From Patescibacteria group bacterium (GTDB lineage Bacteria > Patescibacteriota > Patescibacteriia > PEXW01): a stretch of DNA of 64,000 nucleotides. Below are positions 37,286 through 46,596 of this stretch, piece after piece. The first letter of the stretch is position 1; the number at the start of each line of letters is the position of its first letter. Location of the stretch: the NCBI GenBank assembly GCA_038063455.1, contig JBBTVB010000006.1, forward strand, positions 39,234 through 103,233, given 5' to 3'. The translations under genes and the position numbers were made by a program. The notes under the pieces were generated by a model. The model worked only from the letters and a program-made list of their open reading frames with translations. It was not told where the DNA came from and ran no database searches.

Positions 37286-38521
37286 TCACTCCATTCCGGT
37301 GCTGGGCGGGAGAATATCCACGCCGACGGTTTTGCGGAACCCAATGCGGTCTGGCGCATGGTGGTCATCCAGGCGCAGCAACTCGCCCTCCACAATCGTC
37401 TCCTCGCCATACTTGTTGTTAATGGCATCCATAGCGCGCGCCAGGGTGCTGGACTTTGGCTGGTGAAAAAGTGAGAGTTGGTTGGTTACCGTTCGCAAGC
37501 GAAAAAGCCCCACAGCATAAAATGTCGGGCAATCGTGTTCCACCCCCGGCTGGAGCATCTGCCACACTGCCCGAAACATCGCCCGTGTACTTGTTAAACC
37601 ATCACCAAGTTTTTTGCTGCCGCCAATGTTACCACGCTGTTCCAAACGAGCATGCCCGTACACGCCGTGGGCTTCTAGGCCGAGCTCCCGCAAGCGCCGA
37701 CCGGCCCGCTCGCACAGCCGCGCCACCAGACCTTTGTGGTAGTGCATATCCCGCGTCCGCAGCCGCAGCACGTGACTGTGGCCAATAGACTTTGGTTGTC
37801 GCGGCGTTTCCAGCTCACCCATTTCCACACCGTTTACATTGGCCCACAGCTCATAGCCCCGAATACCCAGGCTCTCCAGCATATTTACCGGCGACGCAGC
37901 CATGAGCTGGTCCAGAGTAAAAATGCCGAGCGCATGTAACCGGGCAGCTGTGGCCCCGGCAATCCCCCAAGCTTCCTGCACGTCACGGCCTTTCAGGTAC
38001 GCGGCAATATTCCCGCGGTGCAAAATAACCAGGTCGCCTTTCGGCGCAGTGTCACCACCAAATTTCGCCAACCAGCGCGTAGTGGCCACACCCATAGAAC
38101 ACGTCAGCCACTCACCTACTTCATCTATAATCCGCTGCTTGATTTCATAGCCGAGTTGGGCCGCGGCTTCCAGCGATGGGACCGATCCGGTGAGGTCAAG
38201 AAAGGCCTCATCAATGGAATAGGCTTCCATGGCTTCGCTATACTCGGCCAGAATCTGAAAAATCCGCTTGGTGGTGCTGCGGTACTTAGCTGGGTCGACT
38301 TCGACAAATTTTATGTGCGGGCAGCGCTGCCTTGCTTCATCGGCCCGCACCCCCGTACGGATACCAAAGGGTTTTGCCTCTTTTGAGGAAGCAAGCACGC
38401 AACCTTGCACGGTCATAGTGGCGAGCACCGCCACCGGCTTGCCACGCAAAAATGGATTCGCCTGCTGTTCCACCGAGGCGAAATATGAATTCATGTCTAA
38501 ATGGAGGATGACACGTTGCAT
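37286..38521 (-). CDS. dinB: Y-family DNA polymerase (Pol IV/DinB)
   Basis: HLDMNSYFASVEQ, YSIDEAFLDL, KSIGHS and clamp-binding QLSLF. Confidence 0.93.
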   Translation of the reverse strand: MQRVILHLDMNSYFASVEQQANPFLRGKPVAVLATMTVQGCVLASSKEAKPFGIRTGVRADEARQRCPHIKFVEVDPAKYRSTTKRIFQILAEYSEAMEAYSIDEAFLDLTGSVPSLEAAAQLGYEIKQRIIDEVGEWLTCSMGVATTRWLAKFGGDTAPKGDLVILHRGNIAAYLKGRDVQEAWGIAGATAARLHALGIFTLDQLMAASPVNMLESLGIRGYELWANVNGVEMGELETPRQPKSIGHSHVLRLRTRDMHYHKGLVARLCERAGRRLRELGLEAHGVYGHARLEQRGNIGGSKKLGDGLTSTRAMFRAVWQMLQPGVEHDCPTFYAVGLFRLRTVTNQLSLFHQPKSSTLARAMDAINNKYGEETIVEGELLRLDDHHAPDRIGFRKTVGVDILPPSTGME

Positions 38522-38790
38522 AGGCTATGCTAGCTTATAAGTAACCCTGTCTTTCACGGGATACCCTTGAACGGGTTGGGGGTCTGCATTCTACGGAATG
38601 CAGACCTATTTTATTGGTCACAACCCCCCATCAAGAGCTACCCCAGTGCTCGCATTTGTACTATACTTTCTTTATAAAGCTCTTCCGTACTACCGGGAAA
38701 ACTTGAGTATCTTAACGAGGGGAAGGATCCTCAACAAACAACTTTAGTCAGGGAAGACGTGGCGTGGATGCAATTGTGTCCACGCCTTTT

Positions 38791-39045
38791 TTATTGGCCC
38801 TGCACCTCCTCCAGTATCCACTCCAGGCTTTCGGGGTTGTAGGCCAGCACGTAGCTATTCGCTGCATCTGACACGGCAAAGCACCAGTCATAGCCCTTTC
38901 CCCGCCGCCGCTGGTACACCAGGTTCACGCTAGCCACGTCGTAGCGCCGGCCACCCCAAAAGAAAGCTTTGGGCTGGATCTGCTTGCCGTTGAAGTCAAC
39001 GAAGACCCGAACCGGCGCATGGGGTTGTTCGTGGAAAACCAGCAT
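38791..39045 (-). CDS. Small protein upstream of dinB (DUF6504-like)
   Basis: PKAFFWGGRRYDV...YVLAYNPESLEWILEE; promoter carries the LexA box. Confidence 0.75.
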   Translation of the reverse strand: MLVFHEQPHAPVRVFVDFNGKQIQPKAFFWGGRRYDVASVNLVYQRRRGKGYDWCFAVSDAANSYVLAYNPESLEWILEEVQGQ

Positions 39046-39058
39046 ATATGTGCCTTCT

Positions 39059-39087
39059 AGCATAACCGAATAAAAGCCGAAAGTCAA
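39059..39087 (-). promoter_or_regulatory. Promoter with putative LexA box (39066-39081)
   Basis: TTGACT-N17-TATGCT; the spacer contains TTCGG-CTTTTA-TTCGG. Confidence 0.8.
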
Positions 39088-39207
39088 GAATAACAACATT
39101 ACTCCTAAACCCCAGAAAAAAATAAAGTAACTCGCTAAAAATCTAGACTATTGCTACTATTGAAGCAAATAGACAAGGCCAAAAATCTTTGAAAAGGAGT
39201 GTTATGA

Positions 39208-39678
39208 ATGAAACCTGAACGAGGCTTATTAGTTATTCCCTACTGGCTATATGCCCTGGTAGAGGCTGGCGGTTACTGGCTATTTGGATTCACGATCCTC
39301 GCCTCAATTTCGTTAGTGCCAGATTTTAACGCATGGCCCGCGGGGCCCTCAATAGGAGAAGGAGCTACTCTCTTATCGGTTTCGGGGCTGATGGCTCTAG
39401 GGTTTATTGGGCCCCCAATGATCGCGGGACTGCTTGTGGAGAAAGTTCTTCAAACCAAAAATGTGTGGTACTACAGACTAAGAAAAATAGTATTGCTAAT
39501 ACTATTTTGTATCTGTGCGTGTGTTTGGCTACTACTCATAGGTCATGATCCCATCGACATTAATTTTTTGATGCTGAGGGGGCTGATCACATTGCTTATT
39601 GGCATTTTCATGACAGGCAGACTACTACGCCTTATGGTGCCAGACCAAGGTTGGAGAGCTTCTATTGCTATTTTTTAG
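39208..39678 (+). CDS. Hypothetical 4-TM membrane protein
   Basis: AAGGAG RBS and hydrophobic segments. Confidence 0.75.
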   Translation: MKPERGLLVIPYWLYALVEAGGYWLFGFTILASISLVPDFNAWPAGPSIGEGATLLSVSGLMALGFIGPPMIAGLLVEKVLQTKNVWYYRLRKIVLLILFCICACVWLLLIGHDPIDINFLMLRGLITLLIGIFMTGRLLRLMVPDQGWRASIAIF

Positions 39679-39682
39679 AATC

Positions 39683-39713
39683 AAAAAGCCATCTCTGTAT
39701 GAGATGGCTTTTT
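39683..39713. terminator. Bidirectional intrinsic terminator
   Basis: AAAAAGCCATCTC-TGTAT-GAGATGGCTTTTT between convergent genes. Confidence 0.85.
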
Positions 39714-39729
39714 CTATTTGACGGAATAC

Positions 39730-40140
39730 TTACTTCAGCGTTACTGTGGCGCCGGCTTCTTCGAGCTTCTTCTTCAGCTCGTCAGCTTCTTCCTTGGTAG
39801 CATTCGCTTTCACGACCTTCGGCGCGGCGTCGGCCATGTCCTTGGCTTCTTTCAAGCCCTGGCCCGTAGCTTCACGGAGCACCTTGATGACGGCAATCTT
39901 GCTGCCACCGGCGCTGGTGAGCTCCACATTGAACGTGGACTTCTCTTCGCCAGCTTCAGCAGCTGCACCACCGGCGGCCGGCATAGCACCCATCATCATG
40001 GGGGCGGCAGCGGACACACCAAACTTCTCTTCCAGCACTTTCACGAGTTCAGAGAGGTCTAGCACGGAGAGCTTTTCAATTTGCTCTACCAGGGCTTTGA
40101 ACTTCTCCGGCACTTCGACGACTTTCTGTTCATCGGACAT
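39730..40140 (-). CDS. rplL: 50S ribosomal protein L7/L12
   Basis: [22 protein letters not shown] and GLKEAKD. Confidence 0.98.
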   Translation of the reverse strand: MSDEQKVVEVPEKFKALVEQIEKLSVLDLSELVKVLEEKFGVSAAAPMMMGAMPAAGGAAAEAGEEKSTFNVELTSAGGSKIAVIKVLREATGQGLKEAKDMADAAPKVVKANATKEEADELKKKLEEAGATVTLK

Positions 40141-40176
40141 ACGAGTATGGGTTAATGAGTGAATGAATGAGTAAAA

Positions 40177-40701
40177 TTATGCAACCTTCTCCGCTTTGCC
40201 CTTGAGCACCTGAACAAACCCGCGCATGGGGCCAGCCAGCACATTGGCAAAGCTGGTGAGCGGCGCCTTGATGGTCCAGACAACTTTGGCAATGAGTTCT
40301 TGCTTGCTGGGTAGCTTGGCCAGACTCGTCACTTGCGCGGCGGTCATCCAGCTGCCGTTGAGAATACCGGCAACAAACTTGAGACTCTTGTTGGTCTTGG
40401 CAAAGGCGTGCAGGATGCTGGCGGGCTGGACTTCGTCTTCCACCCCGAAAGCGACACCGACGTTGCCACGGAAAGCCGCGAGCGGCGCGACATCCAGCTT
40501 CTGCGCTTCCAGTGCTTTCTTAAGAATGGTTTTCTTTATCCCGATAAAGGTAATATTTGCGGCGCGCAGATTCTTGCGCAGCACGGTAATATCTTTGACC
40601 GTAATACCATCAACCGCGGTGAACACGGCAACTTTCATGCTACCAAGATTGTCTTGGAAGACCTTGAGGCTGACTTCTTTTTGCTGGCGGGATTTTGCCA
40701 T
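40177..40701 (-). CDS. rplJ: 50S ribosomal protein L10
   Basis: MAKSRQQK, LRKNLR, KKTIL and LAKLPSKQEL. Confidence 0.96.
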   Translation of the reverse strand: MAKSRQQKEVSLKVFQDNLGSMKVAVFTAVDGITVKDITVLRKNLRAANITFIGIKKTILKKALEAQKLDVAPLAAFRGNVGVAFGVEDEVQPASILHAFAKTNKSLKFVAGILNGSWMTAAQVTSLAKLPSKQELIAKVVWTIKAPLTSFANVLAGPMRGFVQVLKGKAEKVA

Positions 40702-40726
40702 AGTGTGGGATAAAAAAATCTGGGGT

Positions 40727-40832
40727 TGGACCACAGACGTTGTAACAAGCCGCCCTGAGGGTGGCTCGTGGCATGTCCTGCGTAGGATTTCCGCCCCTTT
40801 TCTCTGGGGCTACCGTACGGTCTGTGGCTGCC
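40727..40832 (-). promoter_or_regulatory. L10 leader (autoregulatory RNA)
   Basis: CCACAGACCGTACGGT...CCTACGCAGGAC...GTCTGTGG upstream of rplJ, downstream of a TTGACA...TACAGT promoter. Confidence 0.65.
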
Positions 40833-40997
40833 AAAAAGACTGTACCAGGTGTTCCAGCGACTGTCAAATAATGAGCCCCCGCTTACATGCCGAACCTTAA
40901 TTGCATGCAGCCAGGGGCTTACCTGTTATTGCAATAAACAGGTACGTTCGTAGTGAACGCACCTCGAGCCTAACATACACTACAACAGGGTCAAGCA

Positions 40998-41690
40998 TTA
41001 CTCAATAGTTGTCCCTTTGGCGGGCTGCCCAACAAAATGTTTCTTCAAGTTTGCCAGGTCTGAACCCCGGGTAATAATCACCTTCATCCCCCATTGGGCG
41101 GCCCACTTGCTGGCCACGGGGTCAAACGGCACATGTGCGCCTGGGTCCCAGTGCGTGCCCACGAGTTTGACCAAGGTCTTCCAGCTCATGCGCTTGATAG
41201 GCTTGGCATTTTTTTTCTTGCGCGGGTCGGCATCGTAGACCCAGTCGATATTCGATAGGTTTAAAATAGTCTGCGCGCCATAGGCTTTGGCCAGCAGGAC
41301 GGCATCGTAGTCGGTTGATGAACCTGGCTTAAAACCGGCGGCAACAATTATTTCCGAGCGAATTTTTGGATTAATTTTTTTACGGTCCGTAATAATCTGC
41401 GGGTAGGCATGTTTGCGAAAAATAGTACGCAACAAGTGGGCGTTAAGCCGCGTGGCGTGGATGCCGAGCCAGTCTAAATCGATAGGCGTAAGCGTGCTAA
41501 TTTTTCGCGCTGCATGCTGGTAGCGCCGGGCCGTGCGGCCGCCGCCGATGATGAGGATAAAGCGCTGACCGCGCCGCAGCTGCTGTTCAATCAACTTTTT
41601 AAAAGCCTTCAGAAAACCTACTTCGATCTCTTCCGGCACGACAAGTGAGCCGCCCAGGGAAATGACAATCGGTGGTTTTGGTGTTGGCAT
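40998..41690 (-). CDS. pyrH: UMP kinase (archaeal-type)
   Basis: ISLGGS, GGGRTARRYQ, GIHATRLNA, PGSSTDYDA and PFDPVA. Confidence 0.93.
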   Translation of the reverse strand: MPTPKPPIVISLGGSLVVPEEIEVGFLKAFKKLIEQQLRRGQRFILIIGGGRTARRYQHAARKISTLTPIDLDWLGIHATRLNAHLLRTIFRKHAYPQIITDRKKINPKIRSEIIVAAGFKPGSSTDYDAVLLAKAYGAQTILNLSNIDWVYDADPRKKKNAKPIKRMSWKTLVKLVGTHWDPGAHVPFDPVASKWAAQWGMKVIITRGSDLANLKKHFVGQPAKGTTIE

Positions 41691-41692
41691 AG

Positions 41693-42718
41693 TTATTGCA
41701 AGTACTTACGCTTATTGACTAGGTGCTCCTCGTAGGTTTTGCTAAAAATTGTTTCGCCTTCCGGAGTCGTAAGAAAAAACAGGTAGGCCGACGCCTGGGG
41801 GTTTGCCGTGGCACGAATGGCGGACAGGCTGGGGTTGCCAATTGGCCCCGGAGGCAGACCTCGATGTTTGTAGGTGTTGTACGCCGAATTTGCCGAAAGG
41901 TCTGCAAGGGTTGGCTGCAGCGCCTGTTTGCCGGTAACGTAGTTGACCGTGGCATCGGACTGCAAGGCAATGCCCAGGCGCATGCGCTCCAGGAAGATAC
42001 CGGCGGCGATGCGTCGGTCAACATCTGTGCGGACCTCCTGGTCCACGATACTGGCCAGGGTAAGGACGTCAAAAATCGTCCGGCGTTGGGTGCGAATATC
42101 TGCCAGGATGGTGCTGGAAACTTTGGCTTCAAAATTATCCAGAAATTTGGTCACGACGTGCGCCGCCGTAGCATCGGTGAAAAAACGGTAGGTATCGGGG
42201 AAGAGATAGCCCTCCAGGGTTGCACTGGCGGGTTTATCGCGTAGGAAATCGTAGGTGCGGTCGGGCGCCACGGTGCGCGAGTCGGTAGTTTGCACCGCAG
42301 CTAAAAAATCGGCAGCTGGAAGCACGTCGGCTTTTTCCAGCAGGACGGCAACTTCCTTGGCGGTAGCAGATTCCGGCACACGCACGCTCACTTCTTCGGC
42401 AGCGGGCGTTGTAGTCAGCAGGTTGATGATAGCGCGCGTGCTGGCAGCCGGCGGGATGGTAAAGTCCCCGGTGAGAAAATTGCTGCGCGCCCCATCGAAA
42501 TACACGTGGGCTTTAAAAATAGTTATGGAACGAATAAGCTTCTGGCTTTCTAGACGTTTGGCAATGTCGGTCACACTTTCGCCGCTGGCAATAGTAAACG
42601 TGGTTGGTGCGGCGCTAGCGCCCGGCGCGTCAACCAAGCGGAGAAAACCAATAACAATCAGCGCAAAGAGTATGAGGAGAGTGTACGAGAGGTGAAAAAA
42701 AACGCGCTTGGCGGTCAT
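41693..42718 (-). CDS. mltG: Endolytic transglycosylase MltG
   Basis: LEGYLFPDTY, LASIVDQE, LQSDATV and YNTYKHRGLPPGPIGNP. Confidence 0.95.
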   Translation of the reverse strand: MTAKRVFFHLSYTLLILFALIVIGFLRLVDAPGASAAPTTFTIASGESVTDIAKRLESQKLIRSITIFKAHVYFDGARSNFLTGDFTIPPAASTRAIINLLTTTPAAEEVSVRVPESATAKEVAVLLEKADVLPAADFLAAVQTTDSRTVAPDRTYDFLRDKPASATLEGYLFPDTYRFFTDATAAHVVTKFLDNFEAKVSSTILADIRTQRRTIFDVLTLASIVDQEVRTDVDRRIAAGIFLERMRLGIALQSDATVNYVTGKQALQPTLADLSANSAYNTYKHRGLPPGPIGNPSLSAIRATANPQASAYLFFLTTPEGETIFSKTYEEHLVNKRKYLQ

Positions 42719-43788
42719 AGTAGTTTTTTCAGTTTCCGTGCCTTCAGCTCATCAACCAGCTTCTTCACATCCTGCGCGCGGTCAGCCGGGACCACCAGCA
42801 AGGCGTCGTCCATATCCACGATAATCAAATCTTGCACGCCGGCGGTGGCGATAATCCGTTTGGTGTAGCTGTAAATAAGCGAGTTTCTCGCCGTGCCAAT
42901 GTGGTTGCCACGAATGACGTTGACCTTCTTGCCACCTTGCAGCACGTCGCGCACGGTGCGCCAGTGGCCCACGTCGGCCCAGCCCAAATCTACCGGCAGC
43001 ACGTACATGTGCTTGAGTTTTTCCATAATGCCGTAGTCAATGGAAATGGGTGCCATCTTCGGGAACTCACGCTTGATGACAGCCGCCTGGCTGGGTGTGC
43101 CAAGGGCCCTCTGGATGCGCATGAGCACGGCGTAGTGCTTGGGCAAGTGCTGCTGGAAAAGGTCGAGCAAGGTTTGCGCGCGCCAGACGAACATAGCCGG
43201 ATTCCACAAGTACTCCCACTGCTTCAAATATTTTTGCGCGGTTGCCAGGTCAGGTTTTTCAATAAATGCACCAACGTGAAACACTTCCTGCTTGCCCACG
43301 CGCATGGCCGAGCGACCCATTTTAATGTAGCCGTAGCCCGTCTCGGGGTAGGTTGGGTTCACACCCAGCAGCGTCACCGTGTGCGGGTGGGCCCGGACGA
43401 CCTTTTCTGCCGCCTTGAGTGCAGCATGGAAGGCGGCGTCTTTTTCGATGTAGTGGTCGACGTTGGCGGTAACAAAAATGGCTTCGGGGTTCCGCTTGGC
43501 CAGCCAGGCCGCAGCTAAGCCAAGTGCTGGCGCAGTATCACGCTTGGCTGGTTCAATAATGTAGTGGCTGGCTGGGACCTTGGGCAGCTGCCGGGCAATG
43601 AGCTTTTGCTGGGTGCTATTGGTCGAAACAAAAATATGGCTTGGCCCAAAACCTTTGCGCATGCGCTGGTAGGTTTTTTCGAGCAAGGTGTGCTTGCCCA
43701 AGAACGGCTGGAACTGCTTGGGGTTTGCCGTGCGTGAGACGGGCCACAACCGCGTGCCGCCGCCGCCGGCGAGTATAACAACGTCCAT
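42715..43788 (-). CDS. manC: Mannose-1-phosphate guanylyltransferase
   Basis: ILAGGGGTRLWPVSR..NPKQF, EPAKRDTAP, ETGYGYI, SIDYGIME and WADVG. Confidence 0.9.
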   Translation of the reverse strand: MDVVILAGGGGTRLWPVSRTANPKQFQPFLGKHTLLEKTYQRMRKGFGPSHIFVSTNSTQQKLIARQLPKVPASHYIIEPAKRDTAPALGLAAAWLAKRNPEAIFVTANVDHYIEKDAAFHAALKAAEKVVRAHPHTVTLLGVNPTYPETGYGYIKMGRSAMRVGKQEVFHVGAFIEKPDLATAQKYLKQWEYLWNPAMFVWRAQTLLDLFQQHLPKHYAVLMRIQRALGTPSQAAVIKREFPKMAPISIDYGIMEKLKHMYVLPVDLGWADVGHWRTVRDVLQGGKKVNVIRGNHIGTARNSLIYSYTKRIIATAGVQDLIIVDMDDALLVVPADRAQDVKKLVDELKARKLKKLL

Positions 43789-43792
43789 AAAT

Positions 43793-44425
43793 TTAGAGGT
43801 GATGGTCGTGGGAGACGAGCGGGACGAATTGAAAACCCGGGTGATGCTCTTCGTGCAAGGGGCCGTTGTCTGGCTTGGTAACCACCACCAAATCTTGCAG
43901 GTCGCCCCCGATAGGAATGACGAGCCGGCCACCGCGCACCAACTGCGCGGTGAGCGCCGAGGGCACACTCGGCGCGGCGGCCGACACAATGATTCGGTTG
44001 TAGGGGGCATGCCGCGGCAAACCCTGCCAGCCGTTCCCCCATCGCACATCGACGTTCTTCAGGTGGTAGGGCTGCAAGTGCTCTTTGGTAAGATCGACGA
44101 GTTCTGGCAGCACGTCAATGGCATACACTTGCCCGGTGGTGCCGGCCAGCGCGGCGAGGAGCCCGGTGAGCCACCCTGACCCGCAGCCAACTTCGAGAAT
44201 CCGATCGCCAGGTTGCACCTGCAGCAGCTCCAGCATTATGGCCACCGTCGATGGCTGGGAAATTGTTTGGTTGTAGCCAATTGGCAGCGGTGCATCTTCG
44301 TAGGCATTAGCTTGCAATTCTTCATGGACAAAGTCATTGCGCCGAATGCTGTTGAACGCGGCAATAACCGGGTCGGTGTGGAGCACGCCCTGGCCAATGA
44401 GTTCGCGAACAAGCTTCTCTTGCAT
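43793..44425 (-). CDS. pcm: Protein-L-isoaspartate O-methyltransferase
   Basis: QTISQP, LEVGCGSGW, APYNRI and GGRLVIP; TATACT-N6-ATG. Confidence 0.95.
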   Translation of the reverse strand: MQEKLVRELIGQGVLHTDPVIAAFNSIRRNDFVHEELQANAYEDAPLPIGYNQTISQPSTVAIMLELLQVQPGDRILEVGCGSGWLTGLLAALAGTTGQVYAIDVLPELVDLTKEHLQPYHLKNVDVRWGNGWQGLPRHAPYNRIIVSAAAPSVPSALTAQLVRGGRLVIPIGGDLQDLVVVTKPDNGPLHEEHHPGFQFVPLVSHDHHL

Positions 44426-44513
44426 GAGGGCAGTATACCATGCGGATATTGACGCCAAGATACACTTGTAATACTGCTGATTGTTCGTTACACTCCTATC
44501 GCACAATTCCTAC

Positions 44514-44587
44514 TCCGGGATCGTCTAATGGTAGGACATGGGCCTTTGAAGCCCAGTATCTTGGTTCGAGTCCAAGTCCCGGAACCA
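44514..44587 (+). tRNA. tRNA-Gln(TTG)
   Basis: TCCGGGA/TCCCGGA acceptor, TGGGC-CTTTGAA-GCCCA anticodon arm, TTCGAGT loop and encoded CCA. Confidence 0.97.
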
Positions 44588-44675
44588 AGACAATTGACCT
44601 CTACACATTTAGAGTGCAATCGCCTTGATACAACAGAAACCAAAAAAACTCAAAAAATGGAGGGGAGAAAATTGA

Positions 44676-44924
44676 GTGAGCACAGATCAAGAAAAGATCA
44701 ACCTAGAATTATCACACCTGGACGAAAATCAAAAACGCTTATATGCAGAGGCTCTTGCTGAGGGCTATAAAGACAAAGTGTGTTCAGAGTGCGGGATAGT
44801 GCTACTGGCTTTCCATCATTTCATAAGATGCGGGTCAGAAACTTGTCCGGAAAAAATTCGTGGTGCTGATGGAAAGGCGCAAAGCTTACTAGATATGGCT
44901 TTGAAACCTGATGCAAAAAGCTGA
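44676..44924 (+). CDS. Small hypothetical Zn-ribbon-like protein
   Basis: GGAGGGG RBS, GTG start and CSECG...HHFIRCGSETC. Confidence 0.6.
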   Translation: MSTDQEKINLELSHLDENQKRLYAEALAEGYKDKVCSECGIVLLAFHHFIRCGSETCPEKIRGADGKAQSLLDMALKPDAKS

Positions 44925-44992
44925 TAAACCAAAAACATAGAAGCGAGACCCGCGATAGCATCAAGGGTCTTTTTTACGAGATGAAAATGGAC

Positions 44993-45919
44993 CTACACTT
45001 TCAAGTACCGCCGCGTGGCAATGGTCGAACTTAGCGTGCTCAACAGCAAAGCACCCAAGAATTGCCAGCCGACAATAGACCACAGGTTCTGCTGCAGCAC
45101 CGTGCCCAAGTTGACGGTGGTATCTTTGAAAAAGAATGCATGCAGCGCGGGGGCTGCGCTTTGCCAAATAAGCACGATAACGGTAATGGCAATGCCTGCG
45201 CCGATAATGCTGTAGAGAATACTTTCGATGATGAATGGTGAGCGAATGAAGGCGTTCGACGCGCCTACCAGACGCATGATGCCAATTTCTTCGCGATGGG
45301 TGTAGATGGCAATGCGAATGGTGTTGAAGACGACGATAAGCGAGAGGAAGGCAAACACACTACTGACCAGCAGGCCAATATCACGCACGCGATTGGTTAA
45401 GGTGGTCAGCTTTTCAATGACCAGTTGGCTATCTTTAAAATCTCGTTTGCTGTCGGCAACCAACTTGGCATTCTCGTCCAAATCCACGAATGCGAGAATA
45501 CTGTCGTAATTGGCAATATTCTTCGCCTTCAGGGTCACACTGGCAGGCAGCGGGTTGTCCGTGAGCTCAGCGAGCAAGTTTTGAATATTCGGGTCGCCGG
45601 CATGATTTTGCTTGAACGTCTCAAGCGCGTCGACCTTGCTCTGGTACACCACGCTCGCTACGAGGGGCTGCTCTTGCAGGCGTTCGATAAATGCCGTCGT
45701 ATCTGCGTCCGAAATATCCGGGACCAGCTCCAGGGTGACGTCAACCCGCTGCTCAACCGTTGCGAGCGCTCGGTGGCCAAGCACGTTGATGGCCGCCACC
45801 AGGCTAACGGAAAACACCGCCACCGCCACAATGATAATAGTCATGATGGACAGCCAGAGATTCCGTCGGAAATTCTGGAGGGCAAACCGGAAGGCGCGCG
45901 TAGTTTGGAGCAGGATCAT
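44993..45919 (-). CDS. ftsX: Cell division permease FtsX
   Basis: NPLPAS, NTIRIAIYTHREEIGIMRLVGA and RRYL. Confidence 0.95.
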   Translation of the reverse strand: MILLQTTRAFRFALQNFRRNLWLSIMTIIIVAVAVFSVSLVAAINVLGHRALATVEQRVDVTLELVPDISDADTTAFIERLQEQPLVASVVYQSKVDALETFKQNHAGDPNIQNLLAELTDNPLPASVTLKAKNIANYDSILAFVDLDENAKLVADSKRDFKDSQLVIEKLTTLTNRVRDIGLLVSSVFAFLSLIVVFNTIRIAIYTHREEIGIMRLVGASNAFIRSPFIIESILYSIIGAGIAITVIVLIWQSAAPALHAFFFKDTTVNLGTVLQQNLWSIVGWQFLGALLLSTLSSTIATRRYLKV

Positions 45920-46596
45920 AGGCGGTACTTCCCAGTAGCTTGGTCGGACACGAGGTGGCCGCGATCCAGGGTGATAACACGCTTGCGCAAGCTATTCACG
46001 ATTTCCCGGTTATGCGTCACCAGCACCACCGTGGTGCCAAAGGAATTTATTTTAAGCAGGAGTTCAATAATCTCGTTGGCGTTAATAGCGTCTAAGTTGC
46101 CCGTCGGCTCGTCGGCGAGGAGAATTTTTGGTCGGTGCACTAGGGCGCGGGCAATAACCGTACGCTGCTGCTCGCCGCCGCTTACCTCCCGCGGGAAACG
46201 ATGCATCTTCTGCTCCAGCCCGACAATCTTGAACACCTGCGGCACAATCTGCTGGATTTTTGAGGGCAGCGCGCCAGACACTTCAAGGGCAAACGCGACA
46301 TTCTCGAACAAGGTTTTCTGGGGCAAGAGTTTGAAATCTTGAAAAACCACGCCAATCTGCCGGCGCAGCAACGGCACGTCGGCCATGGGAATATTCGTAA
46401 TGTCCCAGTCACCAATAATCACGCGTCCTTCGCTGACGTGTTCTTCGGCAATAATCAGTTTGGCAAAGGTAGTCTTGCCTGTCCCCGACTGGCCAACAAT
46501 GGACACAAACTCACCCGCCTCAATACTCACGCTCACATCTTTAAGCGCGTTGACCCCGTGCGGGTAGAATTTTGAAACGCGCTCAAAAGTAATCAT
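45916..46596 (-). CDS. ftsE: Cell division ATP-binding protein FtsE
   Basis: GQSGTGKTT, VFQDFKLL, SGGEQQR and LADEPTGNLD. Confidence 0.96.
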   Translation of the reverse strand: MITFERVSKFYPHGVNALKDVSVSIEAGEFVSIVGQSGTGKTTFAKLIIAEEHVSEGRVIIGDWDITNIPMADVPLLRRQIGVVFQDFKLLPQKTLFENVAFALEVSGALPSKIQQIVPQVFKIVGLEQKMHRFPREVSGGEQQRTVIARALVHRPKILLADEPTGNLDAINANEIIELLLKINSFGTTVVLVTHNREIVNSLRKRVITLDRGHLVSDQATGKYRL

